This document shows, in pieces, positions 23,213-24,000 of a stretch of 24,000 nucleotides of DNA. The notes under the pieces are model-generated. The model was given only the letters and a program-made list of their open reading frames with translations. It searched no databases and was not told the origin of the DNA. The first letter of the stretch is position 1. Each line of letters starts with the position of its first letter. The translations under genes were made by a program, and so were the position numbers. Source of the DNA: Endozoicomonas gorgoniicola (GTDB lineage: Bacteria > Pseudomonadota > Gammaproteobacteria > Pseudomonadales > Endozoicomonadaceae); contig NZ_JAPFCC010000001.1 of assembly GCF_025562715.2 (NCBI RefSeq), positions 3,243,733-3,267,732 on the forward strand, read 5' to 3'.

Positions 23213-23399
23213 CTACCCTGATGATTGAGGCGAATGCCCTGATTGCTGATACCGGAGACCAGATGGCCATGGAGCGATGGCCGGACAAAACCAGTGACAG
23301 CACTTACTGTAAAGCTTCGCCAATTCTACTTACGAAATATTGGAAGCCTCTGGTTACAGAGACTGTGTACTTGGTAATACGAAGTTAGGAAACAATAAA

Positions 23400-24000
23400 A
23401 TGAAGATTCTCTTTATTCTGACATCCCATGATGCTCTGGGTGATACGGATAAGAAAACAGGGTTCTGGGTTGAAGAGTTTGCCGCTCCTTATTATGTTTT
23501 TAAAGATGCAGGCGCCGAAATTACTCTCTGCTCCCCCGCAGGCGGACACCCACCCATTGACCCAAACAGTGCGCTTCCTGATTTTCAGACAGACTCAACC
23601 AGACGCTTCGACCATGATAATGAAGCACAGCAACAGCTGGCCAATACACTAAAACTGTCTGACGTATCAGCCTCTGACTTTGATGCAGTTTTTTATCCCG
23701 GAGGTCATGGACCACTTTGGGATTTAGTCAGTGACCAAATGTCTATCGCACTCATTGAGACCTTTATCCGACAGAATAAACCAGTCTCTGCCGTATGCCA
23801 TGCATCAGCGGTGTTATTGAGTGCCAATGATAATGGACAACCGTTGCTCCAGGGTAAAAAGGTAACTGGCTTTAGTAATACTGAAGAAGAGGCAGTGGGT
23901 CTGACCAATGTAGTCCCCTTCCTTCTGGAGGATGAGCTGGGCCACAAAGGTGGCTTATACAGCAAAGGAGAAGACTGGGAACCTTATATTGTTGAGGATG
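23400..24000 (+). CDS. DJ-1/PfpI-family (class I glutamine amidotransferase-like) protein, 3'-truncated by the window edge
   Basis: This gene is absent from the ORF track because no stop lies in the window. My own translation from the ATG at 23400 gives MKILFILTSHDALGDTDKKTGFWVEEFAAPYYVFKDAGAEITLCSP...FYPGGHGPLWDL...KPVSAVCHASAVL, with the nucleophile-elbow Cys-His. AGGA lies upstream. Confidence 0.85.
   Translation, partial: MKILFILTSHDALGDTDKKTGFWVEEFAAPYYVFKDAGAEITLCSPAGGHPPIDPNSALPDFQTDSTRRFDHDNEAQQQLANTLKLSDVSASDFDAVFYPGGHGPLWDLVSDQMSIALIETFIRQNKPVSAVCHASAVLLSANDNGQPLLQGKKVTGFSNTEEEAVGLTNVVPFLLEDELGHKGGLYSKGEDWEPYIVED

Noticed and set aside
23200-23388. 62-aa ORF between the RND pump and the DJ-1/PfpI gene. 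Also the 74-aa (23428-23652) and minus-strand ORFs overlapping the DJ-1 gene.
   Set aside because: There is no SD and no recognisable motifs. The frame-3 reading from ATG 23400 gives an unambiguous DJ-1/PfpI translation that explains the region.

Overview
This looks like a gammaproteobacterial chromosomal window with three parts. (1) Positions 1-5.9 kb hold housekeeping genes: the 3' part of prfC, a polytopic membrane protein, a two-gene PCu(A)C copper-chaperone operon, a TatD/YjjV-like hydrolase, peptide deformylase and a DUF21-CBS (CNNM) protein. (2) Positions 6.13-6.57 kb hold four base-identical tRNA-Pro(UGG) genes at an exact 120-bp period, with their own promoter and terminator. (3) Directly downstream lies an ~11 kb, visibly more AT-rich mosaic accessory region in which I found no integrase. 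It contains a DUF6933-like ORF, a higBA toxin-antitoxin pair, an orphan HNH nuclease with an unrecognised N-terminal domain, and a small-molecule-type SAM methyltransferase. It also contains a 5'-truncated SF1 helicase remnant, a small well-signalled ORF, LexA-controlled umuDC, and a YjjI/YjjW-like glycyl-radical enzyme and activase pair of unknown function. It ends with a possible transposase remnant, an intact IS110-family element with a long structured 5' non-coding end (candidate bridge RNA), and a perfect 2 x 75 bp tandem duplication. The window closes with a divergent TetR regulator, an RND adaptor and pump operon with no outer-membrane factor gene, and the 5' part of a DJ-1/PfpI-family gene. 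All calls rest on reading the translations and the DNA by eye. No database search was possible, so family names come from remembered motifs. The most interesting candidates are the YjjI/YjjW pair, the orphan HNH protein in a decayed defence-island-like context, the IS110 non-coding end, and the tandem duplicated mini-ORF unit.
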